Shown one piece after another: positions 44,942-54,179 of a stretch of 54,179 nucleotides of DNA. The stretch is from IMG/VR virus record IMGVR_UViG_3300023222_000219, positions 1-54,179 of that record; one strand, written 5' to 3'. This DNA comes from a virus (lineage: Duplodnaviria; Caudoviricetes). Both the position numbers and the translations under genes were made by a program. Within the stretch, counting starts at the first letter, position 1. Each line of letters begins with the position of its first letter. The notes beneath the pieces are model-generated. The model ran no database searches. It was not told the origin of the DNA and was given only the letters and a program-made list of their open reading frames with translations.

Positions 44942-45768
44942 TGGGTATTGCAATTATAGGAGCGGATTCAAGGCTTGATTCTGATGCCGTCACAGTAGTT
45001 CCATCCGAGAATGCCAATTTTCCAGCTTCAAATTTATCTGATGATAGGAATTATACAGTTTTCAAACCAGGATCGACCGCAACCAGTGTGACAATCAAAA
45101 CAGACGCAGGAGTCGGAAATACGGTTGATGTCGATTATTTCATGTCAGTTGGTCATGATTACTTTGATCCCGCTTTAGACGGCAACGGGGCAGTAGACGT
45201 TAAATTCGAGCATAGTGCTGATGATGCGGCATACACAACTTTATTTGATGAAACCGGCATTCTTGATAACAAAATCATTTTAAGATCATTTACCAAAGCA
45301 ACAAATAGATTTTTCAGATTAACCCTTTCAAGAGTTGCAACATTTATTCCCTCGATCGGGCAACTTCAATGGGGAAAAGCGGTTGAATTTCCTGCAGGGA
45401 CCATTTTAAAAGGATATGATCCGCAAACAGAAATGATAAGAAATGTGACTTCGAGGTCTCAATCAGGTCAGATTTTAGGAGCCGTCCGCTTTTATCAAGA
45501 AAGAAGGGCGGATATCAAAGCAAAGCTTTTGACTAATACTTTTGTTCGAGACGAAACTTTAGGAGGCTTTCAAGACTTTTGGGATAATCACGGCGTTCAA
45601 TTGAAACCTTTTGTTTTTTCTTGGAATTCAGGAAATCCAGGAAATTTCGAGAAAGACGCTTTTTTCTGTCAAATCGCTGAAAAAAAAGGAATTAGACGAC
45701 CAATAGTGACTCCGATTGATTCAGGATTCAGAGACTTATCTTTTTCAGTTATAGGAGTCAAAGAATAA
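44941..45768 (+). CDS. Distal tail-like protein
   Basis: Follows TMP; FPASNL.D, RFFRL. Confidence 0.6.
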   Translation: MGIAIIGADSRLDSDAVTVVPSENANFPASNLSDDRNYTVFKPGSTATSVTIKTDAGVGNTVDVDYFMSVGHDYFDPALDGNGAVDVKFEHSADDAAYTTLFDETGILDNKIILRSFTKATNRFFRLTLSRVATFIPSIGQLQWGKAVEFPAGTILKGYDPQTEMIRNVTSRSQSGQILGAVRFYQERRADIKAKLLTNTFVRDETLGGFQDFWDNHGVQLKPFVFSWNSGNPGNFEKDAFFCQIAEKKGIRRPIVTPIDSGFRDLSFSVIGVKE

Positions 45769-47987
45769 TGGCTTCTGCAGCATATTTGACCGAGCTTGCA
45801 AAAGTTTCGAGAGAAGTAACCCACTTGGTAAGGATCACAGTTTCCGGAACTGTTGCGGGATCCACAACCTTTAAATTCTCACCTCGAAACGGCAATCTCT
45901 TAAATCTTCAATTAAATGATGATATCAGGCCATATATGAAGAGTTTCACAGGTCGTCCATCAAGAATCAGACCTGAAAAATCAATCACTGAACAAACCAA
46001 TTTTTCAGTCACATTCTTTGACGACTTAAATCCACCAGATTTTGACCCTGCAGTTTTCACAGTGACGACAGGCGGCACTTTTTGGCAAAGATTACTTATA
46101 GCTCAACCGGACATTATTGGATCAAAGGTTGAAATCCTTCGAGGATTCAGAGCCGATGGCTTTTTAGAATCTGATTTTGAAGTTATCTTTTCAGGTCGTT
46201 TTGAGGACTATAAATTTGGCTCAGGTCGAGAAATTACTATAAAATCCAAAGATTTGCAGGTTTTGACTAACACCGAAACTCCCTCAGAGACCACAGATAC
46301 AAATTTAATTGACGGGGCTATTATTGCAACAGATTCAACTTTTGATGTTGATGACGCGGCGGAAATAACGGACCCTGATTCATTGGGATCCAAAGATCAA
46401 ATGCCTATTGTTATCAGACTTGATCCTGATGATGTTGACGAAGAGGACGTTATCATAAAAGGCATTTCATCAAATACCGTTTCAGTTCAAGACAATCACA
46501 TTGAAAGATCAGAAGATTTTGCAAATGCCAAATGGGTCAAAACCAGTGGAACCACTGCCAACGGGTCTTTTGCCGTTGGTCCTTTTGCCGTTGATATCAA
46601 TGCCGCACAAATTCTTTTTAACGCTGTTGCTGATGAAATTTCTCAAGACCCAACCGTTCCTTCTCTTGCAAGTGAAACATGGGTTTTCTCAATTTGGCTC
46701 AGATCTGCAGTCGGTGGAACAATCACTTTAGAAGTTGACGAAGACGGGGGCGATAATTTTACCTCACAAGTTACGCTTACTGATATCTGGACAAGGTTTC
46801 AGATTGTGGCCGCTTTTACAGGAGGCGCAGGAACAGCCGTTCACATCATTGTCAAGCGCGATACAGGTGATTTAGCAGAGGTCGAAGCATACGGAGCACA
46901 GTTTGAAGAAAGCTCAAATAGAGGCTTTTATGTGGCCACAACTGATCTGGCATCTTCAGGCGTGGACGCTGGAAGGGGAGCTTTTGGAACGACAGGAAAA
47001 GCCCATGGTGATGACGACTTATTCACCGAAGTTGCTATATATAGACAGCATTTGACAGAAGAAGGAATCGGACCAATTGTCATTTTGAGGGATTTGATAT
47101 CAAGAACTGGAATTGGTGATTCTGATTTAGATTTGGCGGTTTTTTCTTCTGAATTTGACGCAGATTCGGGCAAAGCCTTTAGAAGAGGCCGAGTCACTGG
47201 TGCGGTTGATACGACCATTGTCGAACCTCAGACAATCAGGGAATTAGTTACAGAAGTTAGAAAACAATCATTAATTGACGTATGGATTAGTGAACAGGGA
47301 AAATATAAGGCAAAAGCACCGTTAACCATTCGACCAGGCGAATCAATTGATTTGTTCACTGATGAAGCAAATATTGTTTTTAAATCTTCTGATGTAGAAG
47401 GAAACACAAAAGAACGTGTTACCAGGGCCATAGTCTACTATGACAAAAAATCCGGTGCAGACGGTGACAAACCAGAGGATTTTGAGCAGATCAGAATTAA
47501 CGTTGATTTAGGAGTTGAAGATCTTTCAGGACCAAAAGTCAAAGCAATCTTTTCAAATTGGATTTATAGAGCTTCAGAAGCTTCTCAAGTAACAGAGGGG
47601 GTAGTTTCAAGATTCAGAAGAGGTGCCGAAAGAATGCGTCTTAATTTCGAAGTTAAAGACGATTTTGATATTGTTGTGGGCAACGTTGTCGCCTTAAACA
47701 CAGAAGACATTTTGACTGAGAATTCAGACGGTAGTATTTCAAGGGGAAATTCATTTTGGCAAGTTACCCAAAAAAATCCCAAAAAAGAATCAGGTCAAAT
47801 TTCAACAGAGTTAGTCCTTTTGTCGAAAAGACACATTTGTTTTATATCACCGGCTATTCCACCAGGTGGAACATTTCCAGAAGATTTTGATGACGCTACA
47901 GAAGAACAGAAGATTTTTGGATTTATTGGAACAGCAGTTGGAAATAAGTTAGGTGATGACGCAGTTGATGGCTGCGTGATATTTTAA
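45768..47987 (+). CDS. Tail tip/hub protein with internal carbohydrate-binding-like domain
   Basis: N...SEDF....W, FSIWLRS, LTDIWTRF, YGAQFEE domain; GRGAFGT....H. Confidence 0.7.
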   Translation: MASAAYLTELAKVSREVTHLVRITVSGTVAGSTTFKFSPRNGNLLNLQLNDDIRPYMKSFTGRPSRIRPEKSITEQTNFSVTFFDDLNPPDFDPAVFTVTTGGTFWQRLLIAQPDIIGSKVEILRGFRADGFLESDFEVIFSGRFEDYKFGSGREITIKSKDLQVLTNTETPSETTDTNLIDGAIIATDSTFDVDDAAEITDPDSLGSKDQMPIVIRLDPDDVDEEDVIIKGISSNTVSVQDNHIERSEDFANAKWVKTSGTTANGSFAVGPFAVDINAAQILFNAVADEISQDPTVPSLASETWVFSIWLRSAVGGTITLEVDEDGGDNFTSQVTLTDIWTRFQIVAAFTGGAGTAVHIIVKRDTGDLAEVEAYGAQFEESSNRGFYVATTDLASSGVDAGRGAFGTTGKAHGDDDLFTEVAIYRQHLTEEGIGPIVILRDLISRTGIGDSDLDLAVFSSEFDADSGKAFRRGRVTGAVDTTIVEPQTIRELVTEVRKQSLIDVWISEQGKYKAKAPLTIRPGESIDLFTDEANIVFKSSDVEGNTKERVTRAIVYYDKKSGADGDKPEDFEQIRINVDLGVEDLSGPKVKAIFSNWIYRASEASQVTEGVVSRFRRGAERMRLNFEVKDDFDIVVGNVVALNTEDILTENSDGSISRGNSFWQVTQKNPKKESGQISTELVLLSKRHICFISPAIPPGGTFPEDFDDATEEQKIFGFIGTAVGNKLGDDAVDGCVIF

Positions 47988-47996
47988 GGAGAAAAC

Positions 47997-48545
47997 ATGG
48001 CGATTGACGGATTTTCTTACACAGTCATAGTCTCGGGCAGAACCGATCCGGACTCACCACTTGACACAACATTATTTGTAGATATTACAGATAACCTTGA
48101 ATTCTTAAAATTATGGCTTGGCAAAAGCTTTATCGGGGCAGCCGTTGCAGACCATGACCACGACGGCTTGAATTCAGCTCAAATTGATTCAAATGATTTA
48201 ACAGGACAAGTGATTCTTAATAACTTTGTATGGATTGATAGCGGAACCAACGTTGGACTGACAACGGGAGTGAAAGACATTTCTTCAATCGTTCCTGTAG
48301 ACACTCTTTTTGTCCAAGTTTATATTCGATATGACGTGACAAGTGGATCCACGGCAACTATCGACGCCGGCGAAGTCTCCGGAACATTAAGAGAGATTGC
48401 CCGAAACAGATCAACGAACCCCACTTCAGCGCAACATTATGCGGCACTGTCTCTTCTTCCCGTTGATGGTAGTCGTCAAATTGAAATAGCTGTTACCGGA
48501 ACGATATCAAATGGAGTCATGGAAATAAGGAGCAACCAACTATGA
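47997..48545 (+). CDS. Short tail fibre / receptor-binding-like protein
   Basis: DPDSPLDT.L...I.DNL.FL, HDHDG.NS motif. Confidence 0.55.
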   Translation: MAIDGFSYTVIVSGRTDPDSPLDTTLFVDITDNLEFLKLWLGKSFIGAAVADHDHDGLNSAQIDSNDLTGQVILNNFVWIDSGTNVGLTTGVKDISSIVPVDTLFVQVYIRYDVTSGSTATIDAGEVSGTLREIARNRSTNPTSAQHYAALSLLPVDGSRQIEIAVTGTISNGVMEIRSNQL

Positions 48546-48856
48546 CAATAGAAACAATATATGATTGCATTTCAATAAAAGAAGTTAAAGAAGAGATCGA
48601 TTCTAAGCAAGTCCTTACATATTATGAAGTTGAACATGACAGCCATTTTGTTAAAGGCATAAAAAAAGTTCAATTTCCTATTGTAAATGTCCATAAGCGT
48701 TCTAAAAATCCCAGGATATACATTGAGGCGGGTCGTCCATCAATAACCGAAGTCATTGAAAAAGGGGAGATCGTAAGAAGTTTTAAAGTTGAGTCTTTTT
48801 GTGAAGACGACAAAAACAGGTGTTTTCGTGTATTTACAACCGATTCCAAACCATAA
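48542..48856 (+). CDS. Hypothetical protein
   Basis: AAGGAG RBS, ATGA coupling. Confidence 0.6.
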   Translation: MTIETIYDCISIKEVKEEIDSKQVLTYYEVEHDSHFVKGIKKVQFPIVNVHKRSKNPRIYIEAGRPSITEVIEKGEIVRSFKVESFCEDDKNRCFRVFTTDSKP

Positions 48857-48865
48857 GGATAAATC

Positions 48866-49189
48866 ATGGAAGAATTAAAAGCTTCGGAAATTGGCGTCAT
48901 AGCCATAGTGTTATTGTTTGTGATCAAAGAATTGATCGGACTCATAAAATGGCTTATGTCGAAAAAGGACGATCAAAAAAAACCTGAACAGCCGGTCATG
49001 GTCTGCAACGCTGAAAGTAAAGACGTTTTGGACATGAAACTTAAAAGACATGAAAAAATGATTGAAACGCTTGAAACAATGAAAACAACTTTAACAATCA
49101 TGAATGAGAGTGTTCAAAGCACCAACGCAAAAGCCGCTAGAGTTGAGGAAAAAGTTATTTTAATTCACCAAACAGTAGACAAACTATAG
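48866..49189 (+). CDS. Single-TM coiled-coil protein (holin-like position)
   Basis: IGVIAIVLLFVIKELIGLIKWL then coiled coil. Confidence 0.5.
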   Translation: MEELKASEIGVIAIVLLFVIKELIGLIKWLMSKKDDQKKPEQPVMVCNAESKDVLDMKLKRHEKMIETLETMKTTLTIMNESVQSTNAKAARVEEKVILIHQTVDKL

Positions 49190-49208
49190 TTTTTTAAAAG
49201 GAGCAGAT

Positions 49209-49799
49209 ATGAAGAAACTAAAGATATTTTTAAGCATTACTTGCCTAATTGGCATATGTCTCATAATGTCGGCTTGTGATAGTTTTGAGCGAGATTATGG
49301 AGACGGTACACCAGTCGAAAAAATTGGATTATGGGACAAAACAAAGGATATCGTTACAGGAAAGCCAAATAGAAAAGAGAAAAAAAAGGTTGATTTGACA
49401 GGTGACGAAAAGAAGGATATTGAGATCAAAAAGAAGAATGCAGAGATACAAGAATACAATGAACTTGTAAAAAAAGGCAATGAAACCCCCGATGAAGGAT
49501 TGATTCCCATTCTTCAATATGTATTAGGTGCAGGGGGAATAGGTGGCGTCGGAGCGATAATCAGAAAGATCAATTTACAGCGAAAACGCGAAGAAAAGGT
49601 AGTTGTTGAACGTGACGAACTCAGAGCCGGATATCAAGAAATTAAGGAAACTTTTAGAGGCGAAAACGAAAAGCTTGAAGAAATCAAAGGCGTATTCAAT
49701 CAAGGTGTCAAGAATATTCAAAAAGCAATCAAAAATAAAGAGCTTCCAGAAGACGTTGATTCGTTCAAGGGGGTTTATAATAACGTCAGAAAGTTATAA
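49209..49799 (+). CDS. Putative lipoprotein with an internal hydrophobic segment
   Basis: Signal peptide ending MSAC; LIPILQYVLGAGGIGGVGAII; coiled coil. Confidence 0.55.
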   Translation: MKKLKIFLSITCLIGICLIMSACDSFERDYGDGTPVEKIGLWDKTKDIVTGKPNRKEKKKVDLTGDEKKDIEIKKKNAEIQEYNELVKKGNETPDEGLIPILQYVLGAGGIGGVGAIIRKINLQRKREEKVVVERDELRAGYQEIKETFRGENEKLEEIKGVFNQGVKNIQKAIKNKELPEDVDSFKGVYNNVRKL

Positions 49800-49841
49800 T
49801 TCCAACCGCCTCAATCAACAAATTAATTGAAAATTCAACAG

Positions 49842-49869
49842 AAAAGCCACTGTAAAAAGTGGTTTTTTT
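49842..49869 (+). terminator. Intrinsic terminator ending the late operon
   Basis: AAAAGCCACT / AGTGGTTTTT. Confidence 0.75.
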
Positions 49870-49909
49870 CTTATCATAAAAATAGTTATCGGATTCTGAG
49901 TATTTATTC

Positions 49910-49938
49910 TTGACACTTTTTTAAAAATGACGCACCAT
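49910..49938 (+). promoter_or_regulatory. Sigma70-like promoter
   Basis: TTGACA-N17-CACCAT. Confidence 0.5.
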
Positions 49939-49943
49939 GTTAA

Positions 49944-50138
49944 TAGTTGATATGAGCAAAAGCATAAAAATTAAGAAACGTATTCTATCGTAAGCGATTT
50001 GCTAATACGATAGTTCTTCGCAAAGTGGTCGAAACTCTGCTGTGACGACCGACCATCTATGCTCAAGCGCATGATCCTTTCATGCGGTATCAACTAGGGT
50101 GTAACTTGTTTTCTTCGAGTTGCACCCACTATTTTTTT
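49944..50138 (+). ncRNA. Candidate multi-stem structured RNA / regulatory leader
   Basis: Six nested helices plus a terminal 12-bp hairpin and U-run. Confidence 0.6.
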
Positions 50139-50158
50139 AGTTGATAAGGAGCAAAACA

Positions 50159-50410
50159 ATGGAATACATTCAGAATCACAATTTCAGATGCCTAGAAGAA
50201 GATATTTATGTAGTATTTTCAGACGGTCAAAAACACTTATTCGCAGTTCACGGCCATTATAGATCCGGACCATTATTGGAAACACAAGTTCAATTAAACT
50301 CTCAAATACGCAGATTCTTGAGAAGGGGTTATAAATATGAAATTCATACAGCCACCTCCGGCGAAAGCGTTTACAGCCCATTAGGATCGATTAGAGAAGA
50401 CCATTTATAA
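50159..50410 (+). CDS. Hypothetical protein
   Basis: AAGGAG RBS before ATG 50159. Confidence 0.6.
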   Translation: MEYIQNHNFRCLEEDIYVVFSDGQKHLFAVHGHYRSGPLLETQVQLNSQIRRFLRRGYKYEIHTATSGESVYSPLGSIREDHL

Positions 50411-50527
50411 ATTAAATGGCTATGCTAATATATTCAATATGCTTTCCTCTTAATGGACTGCTCTTCTCTCTCAGGCGACCATTTTCCGCCCGGTCTTTGG
50501 TCGCCACTATTTCTCAAGGATCCAATT

Positions 50528-50740
50528 ATGAATCAATGTAATAAGGGCCATTGGAAAATTTGGTTTAAAACAGTCAATTGCCCTTTGTGCGAAAAAAGAG
50601 AGGAAAACCCCGAACAAGTTAAAAAAAGACTAATCAGACAGGTTAAGAAGGTACTGGAAGAAACTAACAAACTTGAGAAAATTATTTTTGGAAACATTAA
50701 AGAAATTAATGAATTAGAAGAGAAAAAGGAGCAAGAATGA
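50528..50740 (+). CDS. Small Zn-ribbon/coiled-coil protein
   Basis: AAGGA RBS; CNKGH.......CPLC. Confidence 0.55.
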   Translation: MNQCNKGHWKIWFKTVNCPLCEKREENPEQVKKRLIRQVKKVLEETNKLEKIIFGNIKEINELEEKKEQE

Positions 50741-52077
50741 AGATTCAAAAAATAACAACAGAGAATTTTATGAAAGTTAAATTCGCAGAAGTCAATTTTG
50801 ATGATGAAGGCAATTTGATAATCATTGGAGGCGATAACGGGCAAGGCAAGACTAGTTTTTTAAATTCAATTGAGACTCTATTGGGTGGCACTAGAAACAT
50901 GCCGTCAGATCCCATAAGAAAAGGATCTGAAAAGGCCAGTATTGTTGCAGAACTTAAATCAGAAGACGGTGATCCATATGAAGATTTGATAGTTGAAAGA
51001 ACTATTCTTCCAAATAAAAAAACAAGTTTAAAAGTTAAATCGAAAACAAAAAAAGGCGCAAAATATAGTCAATCAATGTTATTTGAAATCATTGGCGCTT
51101 TAGCCTTTGACCCTTTGGCTTTCAAAAATATGGATATGAAGGCACAGGTCGATCATTTAAAAGACACATTCAAAATCGACTTTTCAGATCTTGAAAAAGA
51201 TTACAAGGAGAGTTTTCTAATCAGGACCGATTTAAATCGTGAAATCAAAAGTTTAGAAGCTTATTTGGACGCCAAACCAATTTATGAAGACGTTCCAAGC
51301 GAAGTTGTTTCAGTTGTTGAATTGTCGACAGAATTGGAAGAAGCGAGACTTCACAACGTTTCCAATCAAAACAAACTTGATCAGCTTGAAGGAATGCTGG
51401 AAAGAGAAAATAAAATCGTAGAAGAAAGCCAGTTAATTTTAAGTCATATTCAAGAATGCAAACAGAAAATAAAAAATTTGGAGAACGATTTTAAGGAAAA
51501 CGAAGAATCAACCAATATTCTCCACGACGACATAATAAATATAAAAAAAATAATTGCAAAATCAGAAGATAAAGATCTCGAAGAGTTCCGTGAAAAAATC
51601 AAAAACTCTGAAGAAATCAATGAAAAGATACGTTCCAATATAGGTAGAAAAGAACACACAGATAAAGTCAAAGAGAAATGTGAAGCCGAAAACAAGCTCA
51701 CTAAAAAACTCGAAAAGCTCAAAGCGGATAAAAAAGACCTTCTTGAAAAAGCAAACTTTCCAGTTAAAGGACTAGGATTCAATGAAACAGGTGTTGTTTT
51801 AAATGATCTTCCATTCAAGCAAGCGTCGGGGGCCGAACAGCTAAAGACATCGATCGCCCTTGCCATTGCTGCAAATCCAAATCTCAAAGTATTTCTAATT
51901 CGTGATGGGTCATTGCTCGATAAAAAGAGCGTCAAACTCATTGCAAAAATGGCTGAAAAAGCAGATTGTCAAGTGTTGATTGAAATGGTTGGCGAAGATA
52001 GTGGAATGACTATTGTCTTTGAAGACGGAGAGATTAAACAGCAATCTAAAACGAAGACTTCCAAGGCCAAATCATGA
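50737..52077 (+). CDS. SMC/Rad50-like AAA ATPase
   Basis: GDNGQGKTS Walker A, long coiled coil, ASGAEQ signature, IRDGSLLD. Confidence 0.85.
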   Translation: MKIQKITTENFMKVKFAEVNFDDEGNLIIIGGDNGQGKTSFLNSIETLLGGTRNMPSDPIRKGSEKASIVAELKSEDGDPYEDLIVERTILPNKKTSLKVKSKTKKGAKYSQSMLFEIIGALAFDPLAFKNMDMKAQVDHLKDTFKIDFSDLEKDYKESFLIRTDLNREIKSLEAYLDAKPIYEDVPSEVVSVVELSTELEEARLHNVSNQNKLDQLEGMLERENKIVEESQLILSHIQECKQKIKNLENDFKENEESTNILHDDIINIKKIIAKSEDKDLEEFREKIKNSEEINEKIRSNIGRKEHTDKVKEKCEAENKLTKKLEKLKADKKDLLEKANFPVKGLGFNETGVVLNDLPFKQASGAEQLKTSIALAIAANPNLKVFLIRDGSLLDKKSVKLIAKMAEKADCQVLIEMVGEDSGMTIVFEDGEIKQQSKTKTSKAKS

Positions 52078-53288
52078 TCGATAACTCAGAAATCATTTGG
52101 AACAGACCGTCATCAATGAAATTGATTTTAGATTGCCCGGGCTCAACGGAAGACGTTGACATGTCAGACGAAGAGATAGTTATTTTTAAAGACGAATCCC
52201 CACCGGCTTTATTAGGAACGGGAGTTCATGCGGTGGCGGCTGAAATCCTAAACAAGAATCTTGAGCATGTTCCGGATTTAGATTCATTTGCGACAATGTT
52301 TGGTGTTTCAGATCAAGCGGAAGATTTCAGGTATCTTTCATATTCAGCATTATCAGCCGCCAAAAACCTTAGAAACTCAATACAAATCATTGCAGTTGAA
52401 AAGCGACTCAGAAAGAAAATAACCGGAAACATAGGCATTCATGGGACTCCTGATGTTGTCGGAATCAATCCAGACGATGGCCTTCCAGTTGTTCCGGATT
52501 GGAAATCAGGTTGGAATAGATCAAAAGATTTTGAACCTCAATTGTTATCTTACTTGCTGTTAAAGGTCAATCTGAACAAATTAAAGTCAAGAAGCATTCC
52601 AGACAGTCAAATCATGGGGTGGCGGGTGATACTTTGGCTTAGATATTACGAGCAAGTCACAACGCCAGTGACGGCCGGTGAATTGAGAGCTTTCATAAAA
52701 AAGATCTCGAGCGCCATGAAAAACAGGTCGGTTTATAATCCTGGTGAAAATTGCGTTTGGTGTCATAAGAGAGCAGATTGCAAGGCAAGAGCCAAGTCAG
52801 TTCAGACAGTCACAAGATATCTTTCACCACTCAAAAAAGAAGATTTTGAAGGCATGCAATTAAATCAATTGGCAGAGCTCTATCCAAGAGCAAAGAACGC
52901 TGAAGCGGCCATAAAGGCTTATATGGAGGTCTTTAGAAATTGTGTTGGCGTGGCAGGGGATAAGGGACTACCTATGAATGACGGAACGGTAGCCAAGTTT
53001 GACACACAATTGAGAAAAGGCATTGTTCCAATAAAAGCGATCCCATTATTGAGAGATTTTATGGGAATTGATGACGACAAAGAGTTTCTTAAATTCTTAT
53101 TTGAATTTATAGGATTCTCCAAAAAAGACCTTATTAAAGCCTGTAGAGCTAGATTTGAAAAAGGTGAAAAAGGAAAAAAATCAGACGAATTAATGGAATT
53201 ATTCGAGGAAAAATTAGCGGTCGAAGTGACCGAAATAAACAAGATAACTTTTACTAAAGGAGAGGAAAATGACAGAATCAAAGGATAA
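52074..53288 (+). CDS. PD-(D/E)XK exonuclease (Cas4/DUF2800-like)
   Basis: PSS....CPGS, GT.VH, GTPDV, DWKSG, QL..Y, PG..C.WC....C. Confidence 0.8.
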   Translation: MIDNSEIIWNRPSSMKLILDCPGSTEDVDMSDEEIVIFKDESPPALLGTGVHAVAAEILNKNLEHVPDLDSFATMFGVSDQAEDFRYLSYSALSAAKNLRNSIQIIAVEKRLRKKITGNIGIHGTPDVVGINPDDGLPVVPDWKSGWNRSKDFEPQLLSYLLLKVNLNKLKSRSIPDSQIMGWRVILWLRYYEQVTTPVTAGELRAFIKKISSAMKNRSVYNPGENCVWCHKRADCKARAKSVQTVTRYLSPLKKEDFEGMQLNQLAELYPRAKNAEAAIKAYMEVFRNCVGVAGDKGLPMNDGTVAKFDTQLRKGIVPIKAIPLLRDFMGIDDDKEFLKFLFEFIGFSKKDLIKACRARFEKGEKGKKSDELMELFEEKLAVEVTEINKITFTKGEENDRIKG

Positions 53289-54153
53289 ATGGTTAATCCC
53301 ATATGAAATCAAAGCAGTTGGAACCGGTGAGAAATTAACGGTTCACGCAGGAACAATAAACAGGCTTATAAACCCACATGCCAGCCTTGAAGAATGCACG
53401 ATATTTTTGAATATGTGTAGATCTTATGGAGCCAATCCCTTTTTAAAGGATCTTCATTTGGTGAAGTACGCAAAAGACCAAAGGGATCCCGCAGAATTTG
53501 TTGCAGGAATAGGGTTTTTTGAGAAAAAAGCTCAAACCAATCCAAAATTTAAAGGCTATGGGAAAACCCTTTATATGAATGATAAGGGAGAATGGAAAGA
53601 CATTTTTATTGCCAAAAAATTTGGGTTTGGACAATATCCAGTTGCAGCAAGGGCATTTTGCTACGTTGACGGATTCGTAGAAATCCAAGAGAGAACCACA
53701 GGCTGGGACGAATGCGCTGGAAAGAAACGAGACGGAACTGTAAACGCCTCTTGGAAAAAACAGCCTGGAGTCATGCTTGAAAAGGTTGCCAAGGTCAGAT
53801 TATTGAGGGGTGTATTTAGTTCTGAACTAGGAGGTCTATACTCAATTGATGAAATGGGGTCAGATTCAATGCAAAACAAAAACCCCGAAAATCAACCGAC
53901 AGGATTGACCGGAGGCACAACCTCATTTTCACAAGTAACTGAATATCCGGACAATGCAAGTGAAACCCAAGAAGCTGAAATTGTCGAAGAAGAGACTCCC
54001 CCTGAAACAGAAGAAAACAATCAAGAACCAGAAAACAACCAGAAATCGAACAAAAAAGAGAAGAAGGCAACGAAGAAAAACACACAAAAGGAAAAGAAAG
54101 AAGCTAATCAAGAGCCAGATTATCCGGTTCAGGATCCAGAAGAATTGTTCTAA
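53269..54153 (+). CDS. RecT/Bet-like single-strand annealing protein
   Basis: FL..C....NPF.K.LHLVKY, W...P.VML.KVA....LR..F...LGGLY..DEM; acidic tail. Confidence 0.85.
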   Translation: MTESKDKWLIPYEIKAVGTGEKLTVHAGTINRLINPHASLEECTIFLNMCRSYGANPFLKDLHLVKYAKDQRDPAEFVAGIGFFEKKAQTNPKFKGYGKTLYMNDKGEWKDIFIAKKFGFGQYPVAARAFCYVDGFVEIQERTTGWDECAGKKRDGTVNASWKKQPGVMLEKVAKVRLLRGVFSSELGGLYSIDEMGSDSMQNKNPENQPTGLTGGTTSFSQVTEYPDNASETQEAEIVEEETPPETEENNQEPENNQKSNKKEKKATKKNTQKEKKEANQEPDYPVQDPEELF

Positions 54154-54179
54154 AAATTAGCATACATCGCAATGCGGCC
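54036..54179. repeat. 144-bp direct terminal repeat, right copy
   Basis: Identical to 1-144. Confidence 0.95.

Noticed and set aside
52074-53288. CRISPR-associated Cas4
   Set aside because: Context between the ATPase and RecT indicates a recombination exonuclease

Overview
Apparently complete, circularly assembled genome of a long-tailed dsDNA bacteriophage (about 54,035 bp; bases 1-144 repeat exactly at 54036-54179). It is AT-rich and almost entirely coded on the + strand. Modules: recombination (SMC-like ATPase, PD-(D/E)XK nuclease, RecT/Bet); replication (initiator, DnaB-like helicase, RusA); C5 DNA methyltransferase; HNH proteins; a minus-strand tyrosine recombinase; a displaced virion-accessory block (fibre-like protein, LamG); a mosaic small-gene region (Bor-like lipoprotein, pentapeptide-repeat protein, tRNA-like element, lone QueC-like gene, AP2 and XRE proteins); and a siphovirus-type head-tail operon. 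Most notable observations: (1) a DUF551-like gene missed by the ORF track, with an in-frame UGA followed directly by a bacterial-SECIS-like hairpin (candidate phage selenoprotein or readthrough); (2) a short RNA whose loop is complementary to the recombinase leader; (3) a tRNA-shaped RNA with an expanded anticodon arm; (4) a methyltransferase apparently split over two fully overlapping frames; (5) a ~190-nt multi-stem leader RNA; (6) an XRE-type HTH domain embedded in the protease-capsid polyprotein. Family assignments come from motif recognition by eye; no database searches or folding programs were run.
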